Part shown: positions 47,968 to 59,031 of the stretch, one piece after another
Position numbering within the stretch: position 1 is the stretch's first letter
Layout of the letters: each line of letters begins with the position of its first letter
DNA from: Bacteroidota bacterium
Lineage (GTDB): Bacteria; Bacteroidota; Bacteroidia; AKYH767-A; 2013-40CM-41-45
Length of the DNA stretch: 64,000 bases
Reading direction: 5' to 3'
Assembly (NCBI GenBank): GCA_031417555.1
Contig: JANOVV010000112.1
Span: forward strand, 45,559-109,558
Notes under the pieces: generated by a model
Databases searched by the model: none
The model's input: the letters and a program-made list of their open reading frames with translations, nothing else
What the model was told of the DNA's origin: nothing
Position numbers and translations under genes: made by a program

Positions 47968-50919
47968 TCAATTATTGCCTACCCGCTGATCGAGGATTGA
48001 TTTATAAATGATTTCCTGGATATTTGTCCTAACGTTCATTTTAATTAATTTATCGTTAGACACATCGGGATTAATTCTGTTAGATAGAAAAATATATATT
48101 AAACCATATTTAGGATCAGCCCATGCACATGTTCCGGTAAAACCCTGATGACCAAAAGTCATTGGCGATGCTGATGGACTGCAAGGGCTGACTTTTGAAG
48201 GATCAATTTCCGGTTTATCGAATAAAAGTCCGCGACGATTCTGTGGAAATTGTTTTTGAGTAAAAGCTTGAATGGTTGAGGGCTTTAACAATCTTTGTCC
48301 GCCATAAATTCCATCGTTAAGAAGCATTTGCATTATTACAGCCAAATTGTTGGCATCACTAAATACGCCTGCATTTCCGGAAACTCCTCCTAACATTGCA
48401 GCTGCGGGATCATGTACAAAACCTCTCAACAATTGTTTCCTGAAGACAGTATCATTTTCTGTTGGGACAATTTCATTCAATTTAAAATTATTACGTGGAT
48501 TAAATGTTAAGCGGGAAAGTTTTAATGGTTTATAAAAATTTTCATAAACATATTTATCTAAAGTTTCTTTTGTAATATTTTCAATAACCTCTTTCATTAA
48601 AATCGGTCCAAAATCACTGTAAACGTATTTTCCTTTTTCACCCAATGGAGAAGTGTAAATATGTTTTCGAATAGTATCTGCATAACTTTTCAATAAATAA
48701 ATGCTGTCAGCGACGTGTAATGTAAATTTATCATCAGGTGAATTTTTGTACAAAGTATTTGAAAGACCATTAGGAACCAAGGTTTCTTTATAGAAAGGAA
48801 TCCATGATTGAAGTCCGGCCTGATGAGCCAGAATTTCTTTTATGGTAAGATTACTTTTATTTGTGCCTTTTGATTTTGGTAAATATTTGGAGAGTGTATA
48901 ATATAAATTGATTTTATTTTTCTCGTATAATTTCATTGAAGCAAGCGCTGTTGCTGCAATTTTAGTAACTGAGGCAATATCATATAAATCTGAATTGCTA
49001 ACAGAATCGGTTGAATCATAACTTTGATAACCGAATGATTTTTGAAAAACTACTTTACCATTTCTTGCGACTAATATCTGACAACCGGGCATTGCTCCAT
49101 TTTTAATTGCTGAGTTAACAACGCTGTCAATTTTATTGAGTTGAATGGACGACATGCCGGCAGCCTCGGGAATAGTATATTGGAGTCGAATAGTTTTTCC
49201 GGATTTGACACTTGTATTTCTTGGAAAATCGGGCGTAGATGAAACAGGAATTTTCCCTGATGCACTTAATCCTCCCATTATAACTTGTGCTGCTATTGAT
49301 TGGGTAATTGCAAAGTCTTCATAAGCAAGAAGGATTGCTTTCGCAGATTTTAAATTTTTGAAACGGGAAAGAGTATATGCATTTCCAAAATCTACAAAAA
49401 CGGTTTTATATTTTGAGAGCACATTATCGATAAACTTTGCGGCTGATGGTGGAATACCATAACCGGTTTGAGCTTTCATGGTAGTTCCATGCAAACTTAA
49501 AATTACATAATCATAATTCGAAAGAAAGTTAAACAAAGCTTCATAGACAGATACCGGGGCATCTTTATCTTCCGAAAAGACATCCAGATTTCCATACATT
49601 TTTAACTGCTGTTGAAATGAATTATTGATCAAATCTCCTATTACAACGCTTGCAATTCGTATAGAATCCTTTGATCGAAATGGTAAAAGAGAATCTTTGT
49701 TTACCAATAATGCAATTGATTCTTCATAGAGCTTTCTTTGTAACAGTAATCCATCTGGATTATTTAAATCATTATACAAATTAGTTGTATCAATAATTTG
49801 CGAACGATTAAGTCCGCACCAGAATTTTACCATTAATAATTTTTTAACACGAGAATCAATTTCCTCCTGGGTAATTTCGCAATTCTCGACAGCATAATGT
49901 ATTTCCAGAATTCCTTTAGGTACATCTTCCGGATAAAGTAATACATCATTTCCCGCCAATAAAGCCATCTTGTCGACAATTCCGGGTTTGTGGCTTTGCG
50001 TTACCCCTTTCATATTCAACGCATCCGTAAATATTAAGCCTTTAAATCCCATTCTTTCCTTTAGCAAACCGGTTACAATGGAAGTTGACAATGTTGACGG
50101 CATGTTTTGATTGGTATCAAGTGATGGCACATTCAGATGAGCCACCATTATTCCTGCAAGACCGGATGAAATTAATTTTCGGAAAGGATAAAGTTCAACG
50201 GAATCGATTTCCAGAGTATCCTGAAAAATTGTTGGTAATGAAAAGTGAGAATCGGTATCTGCATTTCCATGACCCGGAAAATGTTTGCCTGTTGCCAGGA
50301 TGTGATTATCCTGAAGGGCATTCATATAATAAAGCGATTTTATTGTTACGTTTTCTCTTTCATCACCAAATGACCGGCTGCCAATTACAGGATTGGCAGG
50401 GTTATTATTTATATCCGCATCAGGAGCAAAATTAACATGTATGCCAAGTCGTTTGCAATTTTTTGCAATTTCATTTCCCATTTTGTAAACGACACTGTCA
50501 TTTTGTATTGCAGAAAGAGTCATCTGCCTCGGGAATCGAATCGTACTATCCAGGCGCATAGCAAGACCCCACTCGGCATCCATACCAATTAGCAGAGGAA
50601 CTTTTGATTTGCTTTGATAATTGTTTGTCAGTATGGCTTCTCTGAATGGACCGCCTTGAAAAAAAATCAATCCTCCTATTCCATATTTTTCAATTAGTCC
50701 CGAAATTTCTTTGATGTGATCGGTATCTTTATTACTCCAGGCCGCAACCATCATCAGCTGTGCAATTCTTTCTTCGCGATTGAGTTTTTTAATAATAGAA
50801 TCAGCCCAATATTCTGCTTCTTTTGAAAAGAAAGGTGGATTATCCGCAGCCCTTACTTTCTGAAAGCAAATTACAATAAATAGAACTACCAGACAGGCAG
50901 ACAAAAACCTATTATTCAT
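47968..50919 (-). CDS. GH3 (NagZ-like beta-N-acetylhexosaminidase) domain fused to a beta-lactamase-family serine hydrolase domain
   Basis: GH3 motif KHFPGHGNADTDSH; the C-terminal half carries the S-x-x-K motif (ASVTKIAA); signal peptide; 983 aa. Confidence 0.8.
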   Translation of the reverse strand: MNNRFLSACLVVLFIVICFQKVRAADNPPFFSKEAEYWADSIIKKLNREERIAQLMMVAAWSNKDTDHIKEISGLIEKYGIGGLIFFQGGPFREAILTNNYQSKSKVPLLIGMDAEWGLAMRLDSTIRFPRQMTLSAIQNDSVVYKMGNEIAKNCKRLGIHVNFAPDADINNNPANPVIGSRSFGDERENVTIKSLYYMNALQDNHILATGKHFPGHGNADTDSHFSLPTIFQDTLEIDSVELYPFRKLISSGLAGIMVAHLNVPSLDTNQNMPSTLSTSIVTGLLKERMGFKGLIFTDALNMKGVTQSHKPGIVDKMALLAGNDVLLYPEDVPKGILEIHYAVENCEITQEEIDSRVKKLLMVKFWCGLNRSQIIDTTNLYNDLNNPDGLLLQRKLYEESIALLVNKDSLLPFRSKDSIRIASVVIGDLINNSFQQQLKMYGNLDVFSEDKDAPVSVYEALFNFLSNYDYVILSLHGTTMKAQTGYGIPPSAAKFIDNVLSKYKTVFVDFGNAYTLSRFKNLKSAKAILLAYEDFAITQSIAAQVIMGGLSASGKIPVSSTPDFPRNTSVKSGKTIRLQYTIPEAAGMSSIQLNKIDSVVNSAIKNGAMPGCQILVARNGKVVFQKSFGYQSYDSTDSVSNSDLYDIASVTKIAATALASMKLYEKNKINLYYTLSKYLPKSKGTNKSNLTIKEILAHQAGLQSWIPFYKETLVPNGLSNTLYKNSPDDKFTLHVADSIYLLKSYADTIRKHIYTSPLGEKGKYVYSDFGPILMKEVIENITKETLDKYVYENFYKPLKLSRLTFNPRNNFKLNEIVPTENDTVFRKQLLRGFVHDPAAAMLGGVSGNAGVFSDANNLAVIMQMLLNDGIYGGQRLLKPSTIQAFTQKQFPQNRRGLLFDKPEIDPSKVSPCSPSASPMTFGHQGFTGTCAWADPKYGLIYIFLSNRINPDVSNDKLIKMNVRTNIQEIIYKSILDQRVGNN

Positions 50920-51040
50920 AAATTAATTGATAAATGCAAGAATGATAAAATTACAGTTTCAAACATTTCATTTATTACTCTGACGAAGGTTGTTTTTAAC
51001 AATGTTTAGTGTGTAATAATCTAAGAATATGAACTGAATA

Positions 51041-52018
51041 TTGTTTAGGCATGGATATATTACATTTATTTGTATCTTATATTCAAGAATACCTGATTAC
51101 TATCCAATGAATCGTAAAAGCGTCTGGATTATTTTATTTGTTTTTGTGCTTACATTATTTTTTAGAAAAGCAGGAATGGCTTTTGGTTCTGTATTTATTT
51201 CTATTTCAGCTATAATTCTTGGTTTTTATTTGTTAACAAACTCTTTTTTTTTCGATAGAATTTATCAAAGAATTGCAGCTTTCATATTTTTATTTTTTTC
51301 TGTGGCATTATTGCAATATTGGTTAAAGCAAATACATTTTAATATTTTTGGCTTACAGGAATATTCTATTTATATACTAATAATTTCGTGTTGGATTATC
51401 TTTTCCTTTTACTCCTATCAAAGTATAAAAAGCAATATTCTTACTTTATCTTTTTGGTTAATACTAAGTATTATATTTATCAGCTCTGTAATTTTGAATC
51501 CAAGAGAATTTCATAATTTCTATCGTTCCAATACATACGAAGAATATATTAGATCGAGATATACAGAACAATCGGGAATTGTGGCAGACTTATATATAGA
51601 TAAGTATAAAAAAGTTGATAGAAAAAAAGCTTCCGATTTATTAAAAGAAGCAATGGTATCGGATAGTTTATCTCAATACGACAATGCTTTGTTTCTTTAT
51701 AATAAAAGTATTGATTTAAATCCTGATGATGCAAAAGCGTATTACATGCGTGGACTGCTTAAATTAATACATCTGGATTTAAATTTTTCAGTAGCCAATT
51801 CGGCTATAAAAGATTTCAACAGAGCGATACGTCTGGATTCTAATTATTCAGAGGCCTATTTTCACCGTAGTTTGGCACTAGGGTATTTAGGAATGCGAGG
51901 CCGGTCTTTTCTGGACATGAAAAAAGTTTGGGAAATAGATAGTATAATTTCGGATGAACTTTTTGAGAAAAGGTATGGTTCATCAAAAAAATCTTTTTCT
52001 ATACCATTTCACCCTTGA
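51041..52018 (+). CDS. Membrane protein with C-terminal TPR repeats
   Basis: Several TM helices followed by TPR-like repeats (AKAYYMRGLL...SEAYFHRSLALGY). The start may be the Met at 51107. Convergent 36-nt overlap with plsY. Confidence 0.45.
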   Translation: MFRHGYITFICILYSRIPDYYPMNRKSVWIILFVFVLTLFFRKAGMAFGSVFISISAIILGFYLLTNSFFFDRIYQRIAAFIFLFFSVALLQYWLKQIHFNIFGLQEYSIYILIISCWIIFSFYSYQSIKSNILTLSFWLILSIIFISSVILNPREFHNFYRSNTYEEYIRSRYTEQSGIVADLYIDKYKKVDRKKASDLLKEAMVSDSLSQYDNALFLYNKSIDLNPDDAKAYYMRGLLKLIHLDLNFSVANSAIKDFNRAIRLDSNYSEAYFHRSLALGYLGMRGRSFLDMKKVWEIDSIISDELFEKRYGSSKKSFSIPFHP

Positions 52019-52618
52019 TTCTTCTTTTCGAATGATTCTTTCTATGTTTCTCTGATGAGTAACCAAAATTAAAATTGCGACTGCAAGAGAAAAAATATTA
52101 ATACTTGAATTTGTTGAATAAAAAACCATAATGACAATCGGAAAAACAATTCCACTGATCATGCTGCTTAAAGAAACATATCCGCTTAAATATAGAGTGA
52201 CAATAAAACTAAGTGCACAAATTACAGCTGCTTGAGGATGAATTCCTATCAATATACCTAACATAGTTGCTACTCCTTTACCACCCCGAAAGCCGACAAA
52301 AACCGGGAAAATATGTCCCATGATTCCGCAAACGGCCAGTGCCAGTTCATAGTCAATAAACTCAGGAGATTGTGAATCATAATCTCCCATAATAAAAGCA
52401 AGTTTTACGGCAAGGAATCCTTTTAGGATATCCATAATTAAGACTACGATCCCTGGTTTTCTGCCTAATACACGAAATGTGTTGGTGGCACCTGCATTAC
52501 CGCTGCCGTATTCTCTGACATCAATGTTATAAAAAGTACGGCCAACCCAGACCGCAGAAGGAATAGATCCTACCAGATATGCGACAAGTAAACCAATAAG
52601 ATTCGGTACTGTAAGCAA
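51983..52618 (-). CDS. plsY: Glycerol-3-phosphate acyltransferase PlsY
   Basis: N-terminus LLVAYLVGSIPSAVWVG...GSGNAGATN; 211 aa; multi-TM. Confidence 0.9.
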   Translation of the reverse strand: MLTVPNLIGLLVAYLVGSIPSAVWVGRTFYNIDVREYGSGNAGATNTFRVLGRKPGIVVLIMDILKGFLAVKLAFIMGDYDSQSPEFIDYELALAVCGIMGHIFPVFVGFRGGKGVATMLGILIGIHPQAAVICALSFIVTLYLSGYVSLSSMISGIVFPIVIMVFYSTNSSINIFSLAVAILILVTHQRNIERIIRKEESRVKWYRKRFF

Positions 52619-52706
52619 TTGAAGAAATTTTTACTTTCCGACAAAATTCAAATGAAGCAAAGCAATTTTTTCGCAATCATAGTTAATCATTAGCTAATTA
52701 ACAACC

Positions 52707-55700
52707 TTACTTTTCTTGTTCTTCCTTTTCCGGCTGCATTTTCCTTATAAAATTTTTTACAGCCCGGTCCGTAGACAAAATATATTCAAAATCAGGCTTA
52801 TCCTTGATTTTTTTTACTCTTTTTTCAGGTTTTACTTTATTAATCTCCTCATTAAAAGCACTGTACGAAGAAATAGCCTGAAGAAGTCCACGACTGTAGC
52901 TGAAGAAATACCATTGTCCATTTTCGGGTTCAAGATAAATATTAAATGCATCACCGCTTCTCTTATGAACTATTTCAACAAAGCCGTTCATTCGTCTGTT
53001 AATGTTTACTTTATCTATACTTCCTATTCCTATTTGGCCGGTAGATCTGTAGCTTTTGCTGTTATTATCCCAGATCATTTTAAGTTCGGTAATAAAAAAA
53101 GTATGTCGCAATTCATCAGGGATTTTTTTGAAAGCACCATAAAGATTTAATTCTGCAATAAATTTATCAGCCTTCTCTTTGCCGACCAATTCAGTAATTC
53201 CACGTTCATAGGTTAGTTGTCCTGCATCGAGGGTTGGCTTGAGCATAGCATTGGTTGATAATTGAGTACTCATCACTTTTAATGCATCCTCATTAAAGAA
53301 AAAATCAACAGCAGCGAGAATTTTAAAATTGGTACTGTCATTGTTCAGGTTATTGGTAACGTTGCCAACTGTTTTTAACTCCATTTGACCGAGATCAGAA
53401 CCAAAGTCTACTTTTCCTTCACCATAAACGATACAATTCTTATCATCCAGACTTAAAAAATTACCGGCAGCACCGGGCTTTTCAAGTTTCTCTTTTGTCG
53501 TAATGCAAAACTTTTCGGTAATTTTATTATAATAAAGCAAACCGCTGGCATTGATAATTTCAAGATCCGTTGAACGTTGCTTCGGCGTTAAAAAGGCAGC
53601 ATATATCCCTGTGCTATCGGCTGTTTGAGAAATTGAAGCAGACAGTTTATCACCTGCATCTGTAACAGGCGACGAAATAGGTATGTTAACATTCATAGGA
53701 TTTATTTCACCTGTGAAACGTATCCAGTTTTTTTGAATTTTATCGCAACGAAGGTTTGGCATTGCATAACCCGAGAAAGTCAGAAATTCCTGAACCGCTG
53801 TTAGGTGAACATTTCCTTTGAATAAAAACTGCGGACTAAGAGGAAAACCTTCTGAATTTGCAAGTTCTCCATCTGCATACGTTTGTGATGTTGTGTCAAC
53901 GGCAATTTTATCAAAATGAAAATGATGCTTGACTTTTTTCTCGTCAATATAATCGTAATCGCCGCTTCCTTCATATTTTTTACGTCCGAGAATATTGACA
54001 TCAGCATTGTAAATTGAATGGTACTTTGTTGTGTTGTTTGCAATGATGCGGGCATCCTTTAGAGTACGGATTTTAGCATAACGTTCAACGACAACTTTAC
54101 CGCTATCGGGAATCACAGATGCGTCGGCGGTTTGAATTAAAGCAACTTTCTCTGCTTTGATCAGATAATCTTTTAATGAATACCTGGCAAAAGGAGCTTT
54201 CCATCGAAGAGAATCCTGATGAGGCTCGACGCTGATAAATTCAGAACCTGTCAGAGTTACTCCTGTCGCTGAAGTATCATTTTCTGCATTTTGATTACCG
54301 GCAGACATTTCGACTTCTTTGGCATCCATAAACCATTTGAAGCGATCAATATAACAGATGTATTGATTTAAAGGAAAGCTAACATAAGATCCACCACCGT
54401 TTGATTTAAATTCTCCAACACGATTACTGAAATCGATATGAGATTTTACATTTATAGTTGTAAAAGCAAGTGCGCTTAAATTGTCGGACGTTAATCTGAA
54501 ATCAGAAGTATCGGCATCGAAAACATTTGCTTTGTATTTAAATAATTTTGATTCAAGCTCGCTGGATGTAAACTTCATAATACCTTCTCCTAACAATCCC
54601 GTTGATCTCAGCTGAAGATTTCCGTTTAATGTAGCCTGACCATCATACATATCCATATCTGCTTCACGTCGGTTTACAAACATTGCATCATTATAAGGCT
54701 CCCAGTGAATATAAACCAAATCAGCTTTCACAGATGGAAACTGAACGCTTGATAATGTATCCTTCTTATTGATGAAATCGTGAGCTGTTGCGTTCATTGA
54801 ATCCGGAAGAAAAAGATATTCATCCGATTTGGATGTTGAGGTAAGAAAATTTAATGTTCCATTACCTTTTAATCCCTGATTACTTAAATTAACGGTACTG
54901 GTAAATTTACCCTTATCGCCGTAAGCAGGCCATCCATTGGGGCCGGTTTCTCTGACGATACCAAGCGATAAATCCGGTTGCAATTTAAGCGTATCACGAA
55001 AATCAGGAAAGATGCCTGCAGAAACAAATTCTCCATTGAATCTTAATCCTGCTCTGCTGAAATTGTCTAATGAATCGATGGTAAAAGGATCGAGATGAAA
55101 ATAAAATTTCTCCCGATTATATACTCCTTGCTGAATAAATGATTTATCATAATTGACATAGGAATCTTTCTTTGAATTAAAGATCGGATAATTGGGGTAT
55201 TCATGAGTACCTGATTTATTTCCTTGAAAGTCGATAAGTAAATCGCCGGTAATATTTTCTAAAACACTTTTTACGGTCAGAAGTTTTCTATTTCCGTAAA
55301 TATCTATTTCAGAAGCATTCTCACTTTCCACTTTCAAAAGTAAAGAATCAACATTTTCGAGATTTACTTTGAAATTCTGATAATCGAAAGAAAATAATTT
55401 ACCGTAAAAATCAAATCTACCTGCATGTACTCTTCCCGCAAAAGAAAAATCACGGTCTTTATGTAATTTAATTTCCTGATTCTGCGGATAGATTACAACA
55501 TTTTGAGAATCACTTAGAATGATAGGTGCTAGTCCGCGTAAAGTTATTTCAAAGTTCAGCAAATTTATACTTGCATTTGGTTTTGCTTCAATGATTGATT
55601 CAAATTGTATGACATCATAATCGGTTTTACCCTGGTTAGCCAGGAGGTAATAATAAAGCCGGTCTTTGACAAGAGCATTATCTTCTGTAGCATCATAAGC

Positions 55701-57188
55701 AACAAAGCCATCACTTGAAAGTTGAATAAGCATCAGCCTGACTTCTGATGGAGATAATTTCATATACTTAGCTAGGTCTTCCGTATAAATTACCTTGCCA
55801 CCTGTTTTTTCGGCAAATTGTTTTATGCTGGAAAGCGGATGCTGCGAGCTCAGACCTTGTAAACGAAAAAACCGTTGTTTTCTAAAGTAATTGCTTGATT
55901 CAAAATTTGCTTTACTTTCTCCGGTACCGCTAATCATTTTCATATTTATAATTGGCTCATCAATTTTCCAATAGAGGCCATCAAAATACATATCAACCTG
56001 ATGGAAGGAATCAAAGTAAGGACTTTTTGATCTTCCTTCTTCACCTCGTATTAAAGCTAGCTCACGATCTTTTACGATGTATTTAAAAGCAACTCCCGGA
56101 TGGTAAATAGAATCCTTTTCGAAAAATATAGTTACTGATGCATTATCGGAAGTAAGTTTATCTTTTCGGATTGAAAAGCTCTTAGATTCGGCCATTAAAA
56201 ATGGTTTCTTGGAACGGTAAAATATCAATGACGCATTTTCTTCTGCATTACCGGATCCAATCATTCTATTTCCATTCATTGAAAAGCCTCCGCGATAATC
56301 AATATCAGGAACTATATTTTTAATGGTGAGTCCGGCAGTATACGATTGAAACCTTGGATAAGAAGCCGTTTCAACATTTATATTTGCCAGAATTTTATCT
56401 GTATATTTTCCGATTAAAGATTTGGAAAAGTAGGTTGAATTATAAAAATAAACTGAATCAGCAGTAAAATCGCTTTCGGTTACATCGAAAACATAATTTG
56501 TAAGTTCTGCATGAACAACTTTTTCGTCCCACCCTGCACGAATCCAATTTACTTTGCCACCCTGGCCGTAAAACAATTGTTTTGTCGGATATAAAAATCC
56601 TTTGGTATTATATATAATAGAAGAATCACCTCGGGCCGAACAAACAAGATTTAACGAAGGAAAAATAATTTTAGGAATGGAATCGAAGTCAAAGGAATAA
56701 TTTGAATTATCGCTGTGCCAGTTTGTTGAAGTAGACTGATACATCGTATTATCTCTAAAAAGGTTATTGCATGTTATAATATAATTTGTAAAATGACGAA
56801 CCGGCAATAAAAGCAATTTGTCGAGACTCGCTTGCCAGGCGGCAAAACTGGCAGCGGATTGTGTGCTATTTGAAAAACTAATCAGTGCCAATAAATAATT
56901 ACTAAAATCCGGAAACGCTTTCATTCTTTTTCTTAACATGGCATTGGCCGTCCGGTAAATTTCATCTTGTTGCTGATTAGTAAATTTTCCTGAATTCCAT
57001 GAGAGTTTAAATGTTTCCATTAACTTTTCTCCATCTTTCTTATTTGTTTCTTCGAGAAACTGCTGTAATTCGGTAATAAATTTAACCGGATCCATTGTAA
57101 AATTTTTCAAGGACTGTCCATTTGAACTTAAGGCAGTAATGCAAAAGATCAATAGCAGAAATATTTTTATTCGGTAAGCCATAATCAA
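52707..57188 (-). CDS. Very large (1493 aa) secreted hypothetical protein
   Basis: Signal peptide; no stops over 4.5 kb; the start overlaps the prmA stop (ATGA); no motif I can recognise. Confidence 0.6.
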   Translation of the reverse strand: MIMAYRIKIFLLLIFCITALSSNGQSLKNFTMDPVKFITELQQFLEETNKKDGEKLMETFKLSWNSGKFTNQQQDEIYRTANAMLRKRMKAFPDFSNYLLALISFSNSTQSAASFAAWQASLDKLLLLPVRHFTNYIITCNNLFRDNTMYQSTSTNWHSDNSNYSFDFDSIPKIIFPSLNLVCSARGDSSIIYNTKGFLYPTKQLFYGQGGKVNWIRAGWDEKVVHAELTNYVFDVTESDFTADSVYFYNSTYFSKSLIGKYTDKILANINVETASYPRFQSYTAGLTIKNIVPDIDYRGGFSMNGNRMIGSGNAEENASLIFYRSKKPFLMAESKSFSIRKDKLTSDNASVTIFFEKDSIYHPGVAFKYIVKDRELALIRGEEGRSKSPYFDSFHQVDMYFDGLYWKIDEPIINMKMISGTGESKANFESSNYFRKQRFFRLQGLSSQHPLSSIKQFAEKTGGKVIYTEDLAKYMKLSPSEVRLMLIQLSSDGFVAYDATEDNALVKDRLYYYLLANQGKTDYDVIQFESIIEAKPNASINLLNFEITLRGLAPIILSDSQNVVIYPQNQEIKLHKDRDFSFAGRVHAGRFDFYGKLFSFDYQNFKVNLENVDSLLLKVESENASEIDIYGNRKLLTVKSVLENITGDLLIDFQGNKSGTHEYPNYPIFNSKKDSYVNYDKSFIQQGVYNREKFYFHLDPFTIDSLDNFSRAGLRFNGEFVSAGIFPDFRDTLKLQPDLSLGIVRETGPNGWPAYGDKGKFTSTVNLSNQGLKGNGTLNFLTSTSKSDEYLFLPDSMNATAHDFINKKDTLSSVQFPSVKADLVYIHWEPYNDAMFVNRREADMDMYDGQATLNGNLQLRSTGLLGEGIMKFTSSELESKLFKYKANVFDADTSDFRLTSDNLSALAFTTINVKSHIDFSNRVGEFKSNGGGSYVSFPLNQYICYIDRFKWFMDAKEVEMSAGNQNAENDTSATGVTLTGSEFISVEPHQDSLRWKAPFARYSLKDYLIKAEKVALIQTADASVIPDSGKVVVERYAKIRTLKDARIIANNTTKYHSIYNADVNILGRKKYEGSGDYDYIDEKKVKHHFHFDKIAVDTTSQTYADGELANSEGFPLSPQFLFKGNVHLTAVQEFLTFSGYAMPNLRCDKIQKNWIRFTGEINPMNVNIPISSPVTDAGDKLSASISQTADSTGIYAAFLTPKQRSTDLEIINASGLLYYNKITEKFCITTKEKLEKPGAAGNFLSLDDKNCIVYGEGKVDFGSDLGQMELKTVGNVTNNLNNDSTNFKILAAVDFFFNEDALKVMSTQLSTNAMLKPTLDAGQLTYERGITELVGKEKADKFIAELNLYGAFKKIPDELRHTFFITELKMIWDNNSKSYRSTGQIGIGSIDKVNINRRMNGFVEIVHKRSGDAFNIYLEPENGQWYFFSYSRGLLQAISSYSAFNEEINKVKPEKRVKKIKDKPDFEYILSTDRAVKNFIRKMQPEKEEQEK

Positions 57189-58015
57189 TTTTTAATATAA
57201 TGGACAGCGAGCCAGTTATTTTCTTCTTTTTGAGATTTAAATGATAAGCCGTATTTGAGTGCACATTGGTTAATAATTTCCTTATCGCCGGCAAGTATAC
57301 CGCTGAGCAATATTTCCCCTCCTGAATTCAGGGAATCAGAATATGAATGTAAATCATTCAATAAGATGTTCCGGTTTATATTTGCGAAAATGACATCAAA
57401 TTTCTTTTCTTTTATTAATGATACATCGCCTTTTAGAACAGAAATATTTTTTACATTATTCATTTCGCAATTTTCCAGGCTGTTTAGGTATGCCCATTCT
57501 TCAATATCAACGGCTATAATACTTTTAGCGCCCATTTTATCGGCTAAAATGGAAAGAATAGCCGTACCGCAACCCATGTCAAGAACTACTTTATTTTTTA
57601 ACGATAATTTCAAAATACATTGAATCATCAATGATGTAGTTGCATGATGCCCGGTGCCGAAAGACATCTTTGGTTCAATAATTATTTCATACTGAAAGTC
57701 GACTGATTTTGGATGAAAAGGTGCTCTGATGTAAACGCTGCCTGCAATGAAGACAGGCTCAAAATTGCTTTCCCACTTCTTATTCCAGTTTTGATCTTTT
57801 ATGAACGATGTTTCATAGCGGATATTTTCACCGGAGCCTGGAATTGATTGAAGAATCTTTATTAAATCATCTTCTTTAAATAGTTTTGCTTCTATATAGG
57901 CATTTACACCGTCCGTTCTTTCTTCGAACATATCAAAATCATTATCACCTAACCAGGCAATGATAGCTTCGTTTAATGAAGCATCATTGTAAAATCGAAC
58001 TTCTGTATAATCCAT
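57185..58015 (-). CDS. prmA: Ribosomal protein L11 methyltransferase
   Basis: SAM-binding motif VLDMGCGTAILSILA; PrmA-like N-terminal domain; 276 aa. Confidence 0.85.
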   Translation of the reverse strand: MDYTEVRFYNDASLNEAIIAWLGDNDFDMFEERTDGVNAYIEAKLFKEDDLIKILQSIPGSGENIRYETSFIKDQNWNKKWESNFEPVFIAGSVYIRAPFHPKSVDFQYEIIIEPKMSFGTGHHATTSLMIQCILKLSLKNKVVLDMGCGTAILSILADKMGAKSIIAVDIEEWAYLNSLENCEMNNVKNISVLKGDVSLIKEKKFDVIFANINRNILLNDLHSYSDSLNSGGEILLSGILAGDKEIINQCALKYGLSFKSQKEENNWLAVHYIKN

Positions 58016-58024
58016 CGATTAATT

Positions 58025-58816
58025 TTATTTTTTGGAAACCGGTTTTAACGATTTAATGATTGATAAAAAATCATCTGACTTGAGTGAAGCTCCGCCCACA
58101 AGTCCGCCATCGACATCGTTACAGTTAAAAATTTCATCTGCATTCTTTATTGAAACGCTGCCACCATAAAGAATGGGGATTTTTTGGGCAATATCTTCAC
58201 CATATTTCTCTTTAATTTTATTACGGATAAAGGAATGCATTTCCTGGATGTCAGAAGCAAGAGCGTTTACGCCTGTACCAATTGCCCAAACGGGTTCATA
58301 GGCAATTATACATTCATTGATAAACGATTTATCGATATGGAAAAGTCCTTCTGATAATTGATTTTGGACAGTATCAAAATGCCGGCCCGATTTACGTTGA
58401 ACTAAATCTTCTCCGCAGCAGTAAATGGGAATCAAGCCATGTTCGATGGCTTTATCAATTTTTTTGGCGAGTAATGCATTATCTTCATTAAAAATTGTTC
58501 GTCTTTCCGAATGTCCTATGATTACGTGCTCCACACCAATAGAAGCTAACATTGAAGCAGAAACTTCTCCTGTAAAGGCTCCTTTATTTTCGCTATAACA
58601 ATTTTGAGCCGCGATAAAAAAATCTGAACGACTTCGTGTTCTGTTTATAAGATCATGAATATAAATGAACGGAGCGGCGATAATTACAGAACAATAATCA
58701 TCGCCACCATCAGAATCTGCGATTGCATCTGCAAGAGACATCGCTTCTGCATATGTTAAATTCATTTTCCAATTAGCTACGATAATTTTCTTTCTCATGA
58801 TCCTAAAGGTATTCAA
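58025..58816 (-). CDS. tpiA: Triosephosphate isomerase
   Basis: ANWKMN, IGHSERR and AYEPVWAIGTG motifs. Confidence 0.9.
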   Translation of the reverse strand: MNTFRIMRKKIIVANWKMNLTYAEAMSLADAIADSDGGDDYCSVIIAAPFIYIHDLINRTRSRSDFFIAAQNCYSENKGAFTGEVSASMLASIGVEHVIIGHSERRTIFNEDNALLAKKIDKAIEHGLIPIYCCGEDLVQRKSGRHFDTVQNQLSEGLFHIDKSFINECIIAYEPVWAIGTGVNALASDIQEMHSFIRNKIKEKYGEDIAQKIPILYGGSVSIKNADEIFNCNDVDGGLVGGASLKSDDFLSIIKSLKPVSKK

Positions 58817-59031
58817 TTCTTGAATGTATTTTATTGTTTTATTATGTTAAAAAAAAATATTTCTACAGATTACATGTGAATACAAGTACGCTTAAAAATT
58901 AGGATGATTTTAAAAAAAATAGAAAGATTATACACAATGAATTGTGACTTCTTAAGCCAAATTTAAAAGACCATCAAAAAATCAAATAAAAAAGATTACC
59001 AAATCAAAATATATTTCAAATATTAATATTT

